A stretch of 64,000 nt of DNA from Felis catus (taxonomy: Eukaryota): positions 76,324,001 to 76,388,000 of the forward strand of contig NC_058368.1 in assembly GCF_018350175.1 (NCBI RefSeq), given 5' to 3'. Shown here one piece after another: positions 1 through 12,420 of this stretch. Position 1 is the first letter of the stretch. Each line of letters begins with the position of its first letter. A program made the translations under genes and the position numbers. The notes beneath the pieces were generated by a model. That model did no database searches. It was not told the origin of the DNA and saw nothing but the letters and a program-made list of their open reading frames with translations.

Positions 1-284
1 CTGGATGAGTTACAGGTAATAATAATAATTAATTCTCTTCACAGCATGTCTTAATTATGGCTCCCCCCCCCCATGTGATTTAGAGAAATCAATAAACCAG
101 TAAATCGAGAGAGCAGTGACGATAAACACAGATAACAGAGACCCAGAAGAAGGTCATGGGGTAGGTCTGCCACCATTAGGAGAAGAAAGGGGACATATAC
201 TTTTTTTAAAAAATTATTAAAATAATAGTAAAAATGGTGAGGCAAGTCAGGTGAGAAGGCTGGACGCAGTTAGTAGATGGGTAG

Positions 285-515
285 TAATCATAACTCCTAT
301 CGAGAGCTTATAGTGCCCCATTCTGTTGTTCATGTTCATGCAAGCACCAACTCACTTCTCTGAAAAACTCCAAGGGATATATACTATTATTGCCCCCATG
401 TTGAAGAAAAGCGAACCTGAACACAGAGAGCTTAAGTCACTTGTCCCAAATCCCATTCACAATCAGTGAGTAGCAGAGGGGGACTCATATACAGATGAGC
501 TCGGCTTCTGCAAAG
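285..515 (-). mobile_element. MIR SINE relic
   Basis: Reverse-orientation MIR core-like text (attattgcccccatgttg...cacagagagcttaagtcacttgtcccaaa). Confidence 0.7.
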
Positions 516-689
516 TACACTGAGCCAGTCCAAGGGAGGACACGGATCCCTTTAACCCCCTACACCATCCCTAGTTCCTGAGCGTATCCTCAAAGTCTAG
601 AATGAAAGGCCAATACAGAGAGGAAAAGGACAGCCATCAGGAGGACACTTGTTCTGAGACACGACCTTAAGCGGTTTTACTTCTGTCCA

Positions 690-810
690 TCAGACAACCC
701 TATCGGGAAGGTATTGTGATCTCCTATTTAGAAATAAGGGAACTGAGACAGGATTTATTAATCCACCCAAGATCACACTGGAAGGAGGTGACAGAACCAC
801 TTCTGAGCAG
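690..810 (-). mobile_element. MIR SINE fragment
   Basis: ctcctatttagaaataagggaactgagacagg...ccaagatcacac resembles the reverse MIR core. Confidence 0.6.
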
Positions 811-1512
811 AGACCATCTTATTTACCCTTATCACATGATAAAGCAGGATGCCTGGCTTAAGATAAAGCATTTTGTAAGTTCATTAGGTAGTCAGTTTCA
901 AGGGCAGACATGCCCTCCGGCTATAGGCAAGCCAGTGGGACTAGGAAAGAAGAGAGGCAAAAGACCAGGATTTCTTCCTTCCTCCCTCTCTCCATCCTCC
1001 CCTCCTTTTCTTTCTTCTTCCTGTGAAAAATATACATTGAGCATCTACCATTTCAAAAACTCTAACAGAAAGTCTAACAAAGTGTGGCTCCCTAAGCCCC
1101 TCGATGCTTACAGTAAATGGGGGCAGAAAGCCGCCATCAAATAATAAAAATGCAGAAATGCCGTGGTAAATAATACCATAGAGGTCCTCATGAGTAGCGA
1201 CACTTCAGATAATGCTGAACACCGCGAAGAAATGAGAAAGACAGAAAGTGGGGGCGGGGGGTGGGTGGGAATTCCTTGTGGAGAGAACACAGGCCTGAGG
1301 GATGAATTCACACCATAGACACACGCAAGTTCTTCCCGTGGTCAGAATGAATGGGGGAGGGGGGTGGAAGATTGGAAACCCTCGGCTAGAAGACCCCCAC
1401 GCGCTGAGCTGAGGAGTCAGAGCAAGTCTTGAGAAGCTGAGAGAGCCCCCAGTGCTGGTGATGAGGAGAATGCCAAAAGGACCGGACCTGCAGTTTAAAA
1501 AACCTCCCTAGT

Positions 1513-1741
1513 GGGGCGCCTGGGTGGCTCAGTCGGTTAAGCGGCTGACTTCGGCTCAGGTCCTGATCTCGCGGTCCGTGGGTTCGAGCCCCGCGTCGGG
1601 CTCTGTGCTGACAGCTCAGAGCCTGGAGCCTGTTTCAGATTCTGTGTCTCCCTCTTTCTCTGACCCTCCCCTGTTCATGCTCTCTGTCTCAAAAATAAAT
1701 AAATGTTAAAAAAAATTTTTTTTTTAAATAATAAAAAAATA
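1513..1741 (+). mobile_element. Can-SINE (SINEC_Fc-like)
   Basis: GGGGCGCCTGGGTGGCTCAGTCGGTTAAG head, B-box GGTTCGAGCCC, CT tract, A tail; approx. 15-bp imperfect TSD aaaaa(c/t)ctccct(a/c)gt. Confidence 0.97.
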
Positions 1742-2136
1742 AAAAATCTCCCTCGTGGGAGCGTGAAGACCACGGTGGTAGCGGAAAGTGGGGACAAGAA
1801 GAGCAGTTGGAGTTTCTGATAAAGGCTGGGGGGTCGTGGCGGGGGAGGGGGGGGTCATAAAACCACCGATCACAGGAAGCACCTTCACAGAGTATTCAGG
1901 CATTCTCAGCGGCGTGGAGTTGAACCACTGTCCCCAACAGGTCTAGAATGTAAGGCACAGGGAAGAATGCATAATTTGAAGAAACTTAAGATTGAATATC
2001 AAGGTTACGTGTTTTGACTTTTACTAGAGATCACTTCAGATTGTGTCTCTGGTTGTATCTTAAGTTATCTCTCTGGAACTTCTTTTTAAGTAGGGAATCA
2101 CAGGAAAAAAAATCCTACAAGGCTTTCTTTCCTCCC

Positions 2137-2260
2137 TTTTTTTTTTTTTAATATGAAATTTGTTGTCGAGTCGGTTTCCATACGACACCCAGTACTCGTC
2201 CTCCCAATAGATGCCCTCCTCAAGGCCCATCGCCCACTTTCCCCTCCCTCCCACTCCCCT
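2137..2260 (-). mobile_element. Short 5'-truncated carnivore/felid LINE-1 3' end
   Basis: Poly-T followed by L1 3'UTR (acacccagt...gccctcctcaa.gcccatc); TSD 16/18 at 2108-2125 and 2261-2278. Confidence 0.85.
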
Positions 2261-2699
2261 AAAAATCCTAGAAGTCTTAAGAAGGATGTATTGCAGTCAT
2301 CAAGGCAAGAGGAAGGAATAAAAAGGAATGGGCGAGCCCCAATGACACTAGAAGTCAGGCCCACAGGACATGGAGAGAGAGTGGTGAGACAGAGATGGGG
2401 AGATAGGAGAGAGAGACCAGCGTGGCTGAGGTTCCTGCAGGGCATAGGAGAGTTAGACAAGCAGCAGACACAGAAACACAGAGTGCTAGTGAGTGCAGTG
2501 TGGACAGGCCACACCAGAGGTGCCCACGGGACCTTGAAATGGAGAGAGGTGGAGATACAGATTAGAGTCAACGGCGCACAGCGGCAGTTGAAGCCATCAG
2601 CGTCAATGAGCTTCATCCTGGAACACGCGTAAAGTCATGAGAGAAGAAAGCCAAAGACGGGTTCTCGGGCAACATGGAAATTTAAGGTCTGCACAGGGA

Positions 2700-2952
2700 G
2701 GGCACCTGTGTGGCTCAGTCCTTAAGCATCCAACTTGGACTCAGGTCATGATCTCACAGTTGGTGAGTTGAGCCCCACATGGGGGCTCGTTGCTGTCAGC
2801 ACAGAGTTGGCTTAGGATCCTCTGTCCCCTTCTCTCTGCCCCTCCCCTGCTGTCTCTCTCTCTCAATAAAATAAAATAAAATAAAATAAAATAAAATAAA
2901 ATAAAATAAAATAAAATAAAATAAAATAAAATAAAACATTTAAAATAAATAA
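2700..2952 (+). mobile_element. Can-SINE with expanded (AAAAT)n tail
   Basis: ggcacctgtgtggctcagtc head, SINE body, pentamer repeat 2865-2936. Confidence 0.95.
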
Positions 2953-3234
2953 GGCAAGAGGTCAAGAGTGGCCTCTCACTTTGGCCCCTGGAGAGTCACG
3001 ATGACCCTATGTAGACAGTACAGTGAGGGTGCACCTGCAGAAATGTGCCACCAGGTGCCCTGAATGCTGGGGGCTGGGGGGGGGGTCCTGTCCTCAGCAC
3101 CCGGGAAGAGGGCCAGACGACTGGGCATTCATAGGTATCGACTCCAATTTCTTCCACAGATCATGTTAAAGTAGTCACGCAAAACGCGTGAAGGCGTGCC
3201 TTGGTATTGTTTTCCCAATTTACATACATTTCCT

Positions 3235-3458
3235 TTTTCTTTCTTTATTTCTTTTTAATTTCTTTTTAAAGCGCATTTATTTTTTGAGAGAGAGACAGAG
3301 CACATGAGCAGAGGAGGGACAGGGAGAGAGAATCCAAAGCAGGCTCCATGCCACCAGTGCAGAGCCCAACACGGGGCTCGGACCCACGAACCGGGAGCTC
3401 GTGACCTGAGCTGAAGTCAAGAGCCAAACACTTAATTGACTGAGCCACCCAGGCACCC
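3235..3458 (-). mobile_element. Can-SINE
   Basis: T-rich tail, (GA)n, ends gactgagccacccaggcaccc (reverse head). Confidence 0.95.
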
Positions 3459-4753
3459 ACTTCCTTTTTTTTGGGTTTTTTAAAGCAAAGGAGAAATCCT
3501 CTAACCACTGCCCTTTTTCAGTGTTCCTTGGGCAACGCCAGTCCAGTCCTGTAACTTGTATTGAGCGTTGGAGAAATCGACAGACGACTTGTTCAACTCT
3601 CCAGACACGAATTTTTAAAAGAAACCGTAATAATCCATCTCTAGAACAAGAAAGCAGAAGAAAATCGTGTCCCTGGATTTGACCTTATTACCTAATGTTG
3701 AATAAGGTTGTGGTCACTTTCCCTGAGTTTTCCTTTGTTGCCACCAGACTCAGCCTCATTCAGAAGGTGTCAGAAGGAAGACTCTTGATGAGGGGTGTCC
3801 TCTATTTTCCACACACCAACAGTTTGAGCCCATCAGTCACTGGCAGGGGTTGGATGGAGACTTTGCGTACACCTGGAAGCCCTGTGTTTGGCCCCTGAGT
3901 TCAGTTACCCTAAAAACAGCCAGGTTCATATTCAAAAGCCAAGGAATATCGACCAGGCAATCCAAAGTGATATTGACTCATCCCCAGCAGCAATCCGCCA
4001 ACGCTTGGTGGGCACTTATTGCTGTGATATGGGAATAGCACAGGAAGCCACCGAGGCCATGTTTTGTCTGCACTTAAAAGGGCTGGCGGGGCTCACTACC
4101 TTCCGTGGTCATGGGGACCACCGCTCCCACAGCATTAACATCGTGTCACGGTATCGTCTGTGACACCGTCTCCTGATACGGTTTTGCAGAACAGCACTAA
4201 CATTGCTTGGAAGTTGATGATTATTTCTCCTAGTTCATACCAGCTCTCTTCTTTTTCTTTCTTTCTCATTTAGAAGGAAAAGTGCAAAGTGCTACTGTTG
4301 ACAGAAATGATGCGTTCTGTGCATCAGTAGGACTCTTTCGTGTTTTCATAGCAACTTGCTGGAAGCCTTCTGTCCAATCTGGGCTTGTGACTCCATCCGA
4401 ACTTGTACAAGTTTGCTTCACCACTGTCATCCCTCCGCGCCCAGATACGCACTCACACCCGCGTGCACGGAGGCATGGCTGCAAGGTCCTCGTGCATCAG
4501 ACAGAAGGAACAAATGTTCTGTTTGTACAACCACTAAAGCATGACTCACGAGCCATTACTGGGGATCATTTTGTCTTTACTGGGCTGTAGAGGTTGTACG
4601 GGTACTTGTGCAATTTGGCTCTATTCTTGGCGCTGGAAAATAGGCATAATCTCATTTTCTACGTCTGGAGGCTTTTGCTTTGCAGTGACTCTGACATAGT
4701 TAAGAGGATTGACAACGTACAGCAGTTGAGTGATTAGGTCTCGGAAGGGGATC

Positions 4754-4771
4754 GTGTGTGTGTGTGTGTGT
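4754..4771. repeat. (TG)n microsatellite
   Basis: About 9 GT units read directly. Confidence 0.9.
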
Positions 4772-6108
4772 CTCGTGTCCCTGTTCTATCCCACACTGCA
4801 GACTTCTGTGATACCTTTTTAAGTAACTCTGACACATCTTTGGGGATCTTCTGAAGTTTTTCCCCATGCTCTTTGAGACCCTCTATTAATCTCCTTAACA
4901 TAGACAGCCTTGTTCTTTGCAGATCATTTTTCATTGGGGAAATGTGCTTTACTTCCTATTTGCCACGGTCTTCTTATATAGCAAACACTCAGGTGCCTAC
5001 ACTTTCCCTTTTAATTTACAAGGGCACTTGAATTTCTTTTTTGGGCGCGATGTCAAATTCTTAAAAAAATAAAATTTGTCAGGCACTCTTCTCAAATTCC
5101 TCCGTGGAGCGAGGGATAACTCACTTTCTTGTATTTTGCTCACCTGAACTGGTAAAGCGAATTGCATTTTCTCCTAACAGATGTTCGTATTCTTTCAGCG
5201 CTTTGAACGAGATATCCCTGGACTGATACTGTCTTTCTTGCTTGACCTGTTTATTTTTCCTCTCTTCCCTAAACACACCCTCTTCCCGAACTATTTTTGA
5301 ATAACTCAGCGCACTGTTTTCTCATCAGCATGTAAAGCTACCTAGACTAGGTGTGCGTAAGACTGAAAAATCTACCTTCCTACTCACAGCTTGGCGTGAA
5401 ATCCTCATGTGCCAGCACCCTTTGTGGGGGTACCAACTGCTAATGCATTTCTCAACTCTACTTCATGCTAGTTTCACTCAAAAAAAACAAAAACAAAAAC
5501 AAAAACAAAACCCAACAACAACAAAGGTTTAACACAGACCCTTGAGGCCTTGAAGATGCCAACTCTCAAAGTATGATGATCGTGTCTACGTTTTGATACT
5601 GGTTTGCTAGAAAAATCCCTTTGGGGTGAAGCTTTGGGCAGAACGACGACACCGTAATTTGTAGCAAACAACATCCCGGGTGAGAGGGGACGTGCCTGTG
5701 AAACCAATAACGAGACTAAGAACGAACTTGGGAGTTCCTCACAGCTGAGTATCTACATGTCACCCTGAAGGGTCAGAAAATTCAGGGAGCACAGCCTTAC
5801 AGACGATTTTGATGTCAGAAAGCAGCTTTTAAATGTACAGAGTTCGGGGTTTAATAAGATCCAGAACAAGTTGTGACTCTATCCCTACAGTTTTGCCCTG
5901 ACCTTTCTCTCAGGCAGGCAGAGAACATTCTGGGCTTGAAAAAAGGACCCATCTCAATCTTCAGGCAAATCTTAAGTCTATACGTTATTGTACTCTTGGC
6001 CAATTCAGATGAGATTTTTGCTTACGCTGGGACTTTGAGTTTTTAATGCTTAGGAAGAATGGTGGGAGGTCGCTAATTATTTAAATGTAATGTTTTCCCC
6101 ATTCAGAG

Positions 6109-6330
6109 CAGTGGTTCTCACACCAGGGTGATTTTGCATCCACTCCCAAGGGGACATTGGCAGACGTCTACAGATGTCACAACTGGGAAGAGGTACCACT
6201 GGTATCCGGTGGGTAGAGACCAGAGATGTTGCTTAATATTCGACGGTGCACAGCGTGCCCCCCCCCCCCCCGACAACAAAGAATTTATCCAGGTCAAAAT
6301 ATCAGTAGTGCCAAGGATCAGAAACTCACG
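6109..6330 (+). mobile_element. MER20 (hAT-Charlie non-autonomous DNA transposon)
   Basis: cagtggttctca...gtgattttgc...gtcacaactggg...gtgggtagagaccag...acaacaaagaatt...agtgccaagg..agaaac follows the MER20 consensus end to end. Confidence 0.88.
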
Positions 6331-7371
6331 TTTATACCAGCAGTGATGGTATTTTTTAACTGACGATAGGCAAAGATAAAAATCTTTACTGATTTTTAAA
6401 CAAGTTCTGTGTTCATTCCAGTTACAACTTAGTGCACATAACTGGGGTTTTTCCCTAAAACATAATTACACATCAATTGTTCATTCTCACTGCCGAATGA
6501 CAGAAACAGTGAAAATAGTTGTTCATTTTTCTCAACCTGTAGCTCAGTAATTTTTAGACACTACACAAGGAACAGGTATATGTTCCTAATGGGAACCTGG
6601 GAAATAAGGCCTGAGGCATTGAAAAGAATGAATTCCAAATTACTCAGTTCTCATCTTTGAGAGCACTTTCTTATCTCAGTAGTCAGTAATGACTATAAAT
6701 CTTCGCATGGTGATGAAAGTGTCCATTCTTTCTGTAGTTGTTAAAATCTCTAAATTGGTAACTTGCTCACTATGGTTTTCCTGTCTTTAGCTTTTAGATG
6801 GACGAGACAATATGGGTATTGAAATTTCTAAATTATACTGGGTCCGGTTTCAGAAAGGCTAGTATTACACGTTAGAAAAGCGTGCTGTGTCCTGTGCAAA
6901 TCAGTCATAATCTGATGCCTGATATCGCAACGCTTCTCAGAAGGCTTGGGGCCATATAGACTTCGCCCTGGCCTACGTCCTTCCACAGTGGGGTGTCGCT
7001 TGCTCAGGAGGTCCCTGTTGGGGACAAGGCAGATACCACAGGAATAGTCGGTATGTATGGGTGCACGTGTGCAAGATGCACGTGGGCCTCTGGTTTAGTT
7101 TTGAATATCATTGTTTCCCAAGGCAGCTTCTCGAGATTTCTCTGGGGGGATTATGCCCGGAGACATCTCAAAGGTCTTCTTTCATACCATTTCCCGTCTC
7201 AAATACTCACCCACAGACATCTGCTGAATCCAAGTTTCCACAGAAAGCCACGTCAGTGTTCTCTAGAGTGCATCCTGAGCGCGACATAGTGGGACACTAG
7301 TAGCAGGTGTTTCTTACTCTGGTTTCCCTCCGGAAAGGCAACTGTACTTTTGGTGACTGCGGTCGAATGAC

Positions 7372-7481
7372 GTCAGATCTCTCAGACTTGCAGCCTCCAG
7401 AGTTGTGAGACAATAAATTCCTGCTGTGTGAGCCCTACCGTCTGTGGTCTTCTCTTACGGCAGCCCTAGCGGACGGACGCA
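7372..7481 (+). mobile_element. MLT1 (ERVL-MaLR) LTR 3' fragment
   Basis: gacttgcagcctccagagttgtgagacaataaattcctg...ttacggcagccctag is a typical MLT1 LTR 3' end. Confidence 0.8.
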
Positions 7482-8029
7482 AGTGAGCTCCTACCAAGTG
7501 CCGAACGTGGCGCTGGGCTCCGAATTATCCCACCTCATTTCAATATTCAGTGTGTCCAGGTGATGCTACCAGAATAAATCACTGAAACAATTGCATCTGA
7601 AATCTATTATCAGATGCATTGTTTCTCACGAGGTCTTCGTAGGTTTCTCATCAACACCCTCGAGTGATGCTTACATTTCGTTGGGCAACACTTTTTCACT
7701 GAACTAGAATGTAAATCCCTTCCCAGGTGATACAGTGAAGTCCCTAGAATTGATCATGAGAAACATATTTCTAGTCTTTTGATGTGCCCCCAAGAGGTGT
7801 TTAAGGTATAAGTAGACTAATAACTTAGTTACGTAAGTTATCCTGGTTTGGCAGACTCACGGTGATGTGACAGATTCTTCCCATGGACCGCATGAGATGC
7901 TCCTGAGATAGCGCACATCATATGCTATGCTTTATACCATTTAATAATAATTCATTTTCTGGCTTGTCCACTAGACTATATTTGATGGAAGTGGGGGCTG
8001 TTTGGGTGTCCTCGTCTCTACAGAAGGTA

Positions 8030-8150
8030 TGCTACAAACACTTGTCTCGTAGGATTAAATGAAATGACAGACGTAGTTACGGCACTCAGCGCCACGCTGG
8101 CATGCCGGGAAGACGAGACAAGCATTAGGTACCCTTGCAGTTCTGTTGTT
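8030..8150 (+). mobile_element. MIR 3' fragment
   Basis: aggattaaatgaaatgac...gcactcagc.cc.cgctggca. Confidence 0.55.
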
Positions 8151-8887
8151 TTCTTCATTACATTACCCCTCACTTTGCAAACTGTGCCGAGCACCGTGCC
8201 TGAGCCATTAGAGTCCCCTGGTGTGATGAGTGAATGAAAATCATTCTGTTTTCAAATACGGGAAAGGGACATCCGTTTATACTAGAAGATAGGCTGAGGA
8301 CAGGGACTGTTTTCATTTGGTTTTGATCGTGTTATTGTCTGCTGCACTATCCCAGTGTTTGGCGTTCGGTGAAACTCAATCAGCATGGGATGGAATGCAC
8401 TGAAAGCCAAGTATGTAGGCGCACGGAGGAAAGACTTCTGCAGATGACTCAGTGGTAGGGAAATTTTCCTGACTGATCTGGTTCCCTCCCAAATTAAGAA
8501 GGGCAAAACATGCAGAATTATTCTTCCAGGTGGCATTATAATTAAGTTACTTCTCCCTTCCCGAGAGGGGTCCGTAGTAGCAATCTCAGTTCTGTTTGTC
8601 TAGCTTTTTTACTTCATTAACCAAAGACTAGGTACATGACAAACACTGTTATCAATTAGACTCTATCTCCTTATATTTATTTTAGTATGTTTCAAGAGTT
8701 CTATTGATCTGAATTCAACAGATTTATGTTGATCTGTTACAGGTATGCTTTTGAACCTTTCCCAGAGTGATCTTTGGTATAGTAGCGTTAACTTAAAAAA
8801 ATAGGTCTTTAAATTATTTAATATTCTATTACAACACCTATTTAAGTGCCACGCCATAATATCCATAACATTTAAAGACAAATTTCA

Positions 8888-9134
8888 GGGGCACCCAGGT
8901 GGCTCAGTCGGTTAAGCGTCCAACTTTGGCTCAGGGCATGATCTCACGGTTCATGAGTTCAAGCCCCGTGTCGGGCTCTGTGCTGACAGCTCAGAGCCTG
9001 GAGCCTGCTTTGGGTTCTGTGTCTCCCTCTCTCTGCCCCTCCCCTACTTACACTCTGTCTCTGTCTCTCAAAAATAAACATAAGAAAATAAAAATAAATT
9101 AAAAATAAATAAAGACAAATAAAGACAAAAACGA
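8888..9134 (+). mobile_element. Can-SINE
   Basis: Full head/body/tail; 14-bp TSD taaagacaaatttc at 8873-8886 and 9135-9148. Confidence 0.97.
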
Positions 9135-10502
9135 TAAAGACAAATTTCCAACCATGGTACATGCTTCCATTTACTGTTAAATAATTATATAAAAATAATG
9201 CGTTTTTTTTTTCCACCATGTAAATACAAAATTGCATATTGTATCATTTTGGGTTGGGTACTGAATGCATGCACATGCATGTATTTCAAATAGCAGACTG
9301 AAACTTAACTATAATTATAACATCAAATATGTTTTCATAAACTGATGCTTGTAATCCTTTTTCTGAAAAAAAAAAAAAGAAAGCGGTATATTTTCATAGT
9401 TGTGTGTTGTTTCTAAATTAAGGGATGGGAGTTTTCGGGATGCTCTTTGTAAGCTCTTTTTCTAAAAATAATACATTGAGGACATGGAAAGTCTTTATTC
9501 TCAACAAATGAAAAGACAATTTGGGTATAATCATCACTACATTCTCCCCTTTCAACATTAGTTCTTTTGAAGAACTGGAGCCATCCTGAGAAGCCACATA
9601 AGAATTTGGATTAGATGAATGCAAATGATTGACCTGCTCATCAATTCGTCTTGAGGCAAATTTGCAGAATTAGTACCATTTTGTACCCTTCCATACTTAC
9701 TGTGTTTGACCATCAATGTGTTAAAACAGTAACACACGCAGAGTGAAGATGATCATCCAGTCGCTCTTAGCACCATTCAGCTCTGAGCTTGATTCATTTC
9801 GATACCCATCCAGTGGCCACCGCGCATTACGAGCTATGGAGGTTCTCAAATCGCCCACTTTAAAGGAAAAAACCAAAATAAAACTCCAAATAGTTATTGT
9901 ATTTACTTCTTTACAAAGCAGACACCGAGGCTGACCGTACTGCTGTCTTTGGTAAGGGGAGCCCCGGGGAGTTTGTGACATGACCGGCCGGTTGGGGAGA
10001 GCTTCTAGAAATTCTTCCTCTCTCTCTGGATCGGCACTACATTTCAAGGACTCACGGAAGTTGGCCGCCACCCTTTAAGGTGAATAGGAGACAATGAGCA
10101 GTCCCAATTCTCTTTTCAAAAGGAAGAGGAGAGACCTATGAGGTGGGGGGCTATCGTGAATAAATACAGTAACGATGCTATCCTTAGAAGTTGCTTTCTT
10201 GTTGGAGCCATTTCATTTCCCAGATGCTATAACCTCCTCACACCCAGGATGAAGACGCAATTACTAATGAGATTTGGAAATCCTCCTCCCGTTCTCTGCG
10301 TGGACGTGGTGGGGAGAGGGCGTCAGCACGACAACATCACTATACTTCGTGCTTAGAGCTGCCCGTTCGTAGGACTCCATGCTGGGCTGATCTGTAGCAT
10401 CCAGTGGGGTAAGTTCTCTGAAGTCTAATTCAACTCCATCTTCCCTGGGCCTGTGGTTGCCCTCTGCCTTGAAACCCACATTCTCTATGATATCCTTGGC
10501 CA

Positions 10503-10691
10503 GAGGCACTTGGGTGGCTCAGTCAGTTGAGCGCCCGAACTCTTGGATTCAGCTCAGGTCATGATCTAACAGTTCATAGGATCAAGCCCCGCATCCTGCT
10601 CTACACCGACAGTGCAGAGCCTGCTTGGAATTCTTCCTTTCCCTCTCTCTCTACTTTTCTCTCTCTTTCTCTCAAAATAAACTTAAAAAAA
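10503..10691 (+). mobile_element. Can-SINE
   Basis: Perfect 16-bp TSD atgatatccttggcca at 10487-10502 and 10692-10707. Confidence 0.97.
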
Positions 10692-11459
10692 ATGATATCC
10701 TTGGCCATCTCCTCTGAATGCCCTATACACCTCCAAAACTATTCACATAATTTTCCTCTTTTCTTAACCCGGCTCTTTAAGATCACTCAGGGGCTCCTTC
10801 CACTGCTCTAAACTTCTTACTTTTTCCTTTAACACCATTTCCATATTTCTCACCTCTCACCCCTTGCCGTAGTTCAGGATGGTAGGTCCTAGCATTTTCC
10901 TTGGGGTTAATCTCACCAATCCAAATCTGGGCTTCTGTAGAAGCAGAAACGCACAGAAACTTCTGAAGTGCCATGTTTCCAATCCTTATAACTGACTTTA
11001 AAGTTCACCTCCTAAAATAGCTCTTGCTTTTTTGCAATATGTGATGATTCATATGTAGCCACTTATCAGAGTCTATTCTTACCGGATTAATCTTCTAGTG
11101 AAACTGCTCTTATTTTGTGATTACTCCGTCTGCAACACCAGTCTGTCTGGGTTTCAAAGCCTACCATCAGTTGAACAAATTCAGTTCAATGCGTTACCCA
11201 ATAATAAGGTAGGAAAGAGGTCCGAAAGATTACAGAAATTTAGGAATTATGTAAGTTAGCAGAAAGGGACACAGATGTAGTATGACTGCATTTATTTATT
11301 TAATTATAAATTAAGCCCTGAGAATTTGCATCACTCATCTGAAGTTGACCTGAAAAGTTAATGAAGAGTTTGAACAGGGACTCAGAACCCAACAAACATG
11401 TCCTATTTATTCCTGCTCTTCTGGACCTCATTTTTTATGCTAAAAAAAAAAAAAAATTT

Positions 11460-11601
11460 GAGTCGAGTTGAGCACCCAACTCTTGATTGCAGCTTGGGTT
11501 ATGATCTCAGTGTGTGGGACTGAGCCCCGCATCAGGTTCTGAAATGAGCATAAAGCCCGCTTGAGATTCTCTCTCTCCTCTCACTCTCTGCCCCTCCCCC
11601 A

Positions 11602-11649
<48 letters not shown>

Positions 11650-11668
11650 ATAAATAAACATTAAAAAT
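11460..11668 (+). mobile_element. Can-SINE, 5' head eroded, long (CT)n
   Basis: gttgagcacccaactcttgatt...tgagccccgc...(CT)n caaaataaataaacatt. Confidence 0.9.
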
Positions 11669-11684
11669 ATTTTTAAAGTAGATT

Positions 11685-11908
11685 TTATTTTATTTAAAAA
11701 ATTTTTTAACATTTGTTTATTTTTGAGAGACAGAGGCGGATCGTGAGTAGGGGAGGGGCAGAGAGAGAGGGAGGCACAGAATCTAAAGCAGGCGCCAGGC
11801 TCTGAGCTATTAGCACAGAGCCCGATGCAGGGCTCAAACTCATGAACCATGAGATCATGACCTGAGCTGAAGTCAGATGCTTAACCGACTGAACTACCCA
11901 GGAACCCC
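11685..11908 (-). mobile_element. Can-SINE
   Basis: T tail, gagatcatgacctgagctgaagtc, ends cccaggaacccc. Confidence 0.95.
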
Positions 11909-11943
11909 TGAAAAGTTTTTTTGATTGAAATTCTTTTATACAT

Positions 11944-12159
11944 GGGGATGCCTGGGTGGCTCAGAAGCATCCCACTTCGGCTCATGATCTCGGAGTTCAT
12001 GAGTTCGAGCCCTGCATCGGGCTCTGTGCTGACAGCTCAAAGCCTGGAGCCTGCTTTGGATTCTGTCTCTCGTTCTTTCTCTCTCTCTCTGCCCCTCCCA
12101 GCTCTCTCTCTCTCTCTCCTTCTCTAAGGTAAATAAAAATTAAAAAAAAAATTTTAAAC
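11944..12159 (+). mobile_element. Can-SINE
   Basis: ggggatgcctgggtggctcag head; TSD aaattcttttata(c/t)at at 11928-11943 and 12160-12175. Confidence 0.95.
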
Positions 12160-12282
12160 AAATTCTTTTATATATGTGTGCACACAGAAAATACACATAC
12201 ACTCATACCTATTCAAAGGCCTTATATCCTGATAGATGAGATCAGTGTCTGGAACACCTCAATGAAAAGTGGAAAGTGCCTA

Positions 12283-12420
12283 GGGGCCCCTGGGTGGTGG
12301 AGTCGGTTGAGCGTCTGACTCTTGATTTCAGCTCCGGTCATGATCCCAGGGTTGTGGTGTCTATTAAGCATCTCCCATGCTCACTGGCTCGCTCGCTCGC
12401 TCTCCCTCTCCGTCTCAAAA
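12283..12420 (+). mobile_element. Can-SINE with internal deletion
   Basis: ggggcccctgggtggtggagtcggttgagcg head, B-box region absent; TSD aaagtgcctagg on both sides. Confidence 0.9.

Noticed and set aside
1513..1600. tRNA-like A and B boxes in SINE heads
   Set aside because: Inherited tRNA-derived Pol III promoter of Can-SINEs; no complete cloverleaf.
4734..4934. Helical-looking K/E/L-rich - strand ORF with TATATAA upstream
   Set aside because: Only 66 aa, runs into a (CA)n repeat, lacks a pyrimidine-tract acceptor and has no recognisable homology; explained by the T/C-rich opposite strand.
7820..7841. ATAACTT...AAGTTAT resembling loxP ends
   Set aside because: Only the outer 7 bp match and the length is 22 rather than 34 bp.
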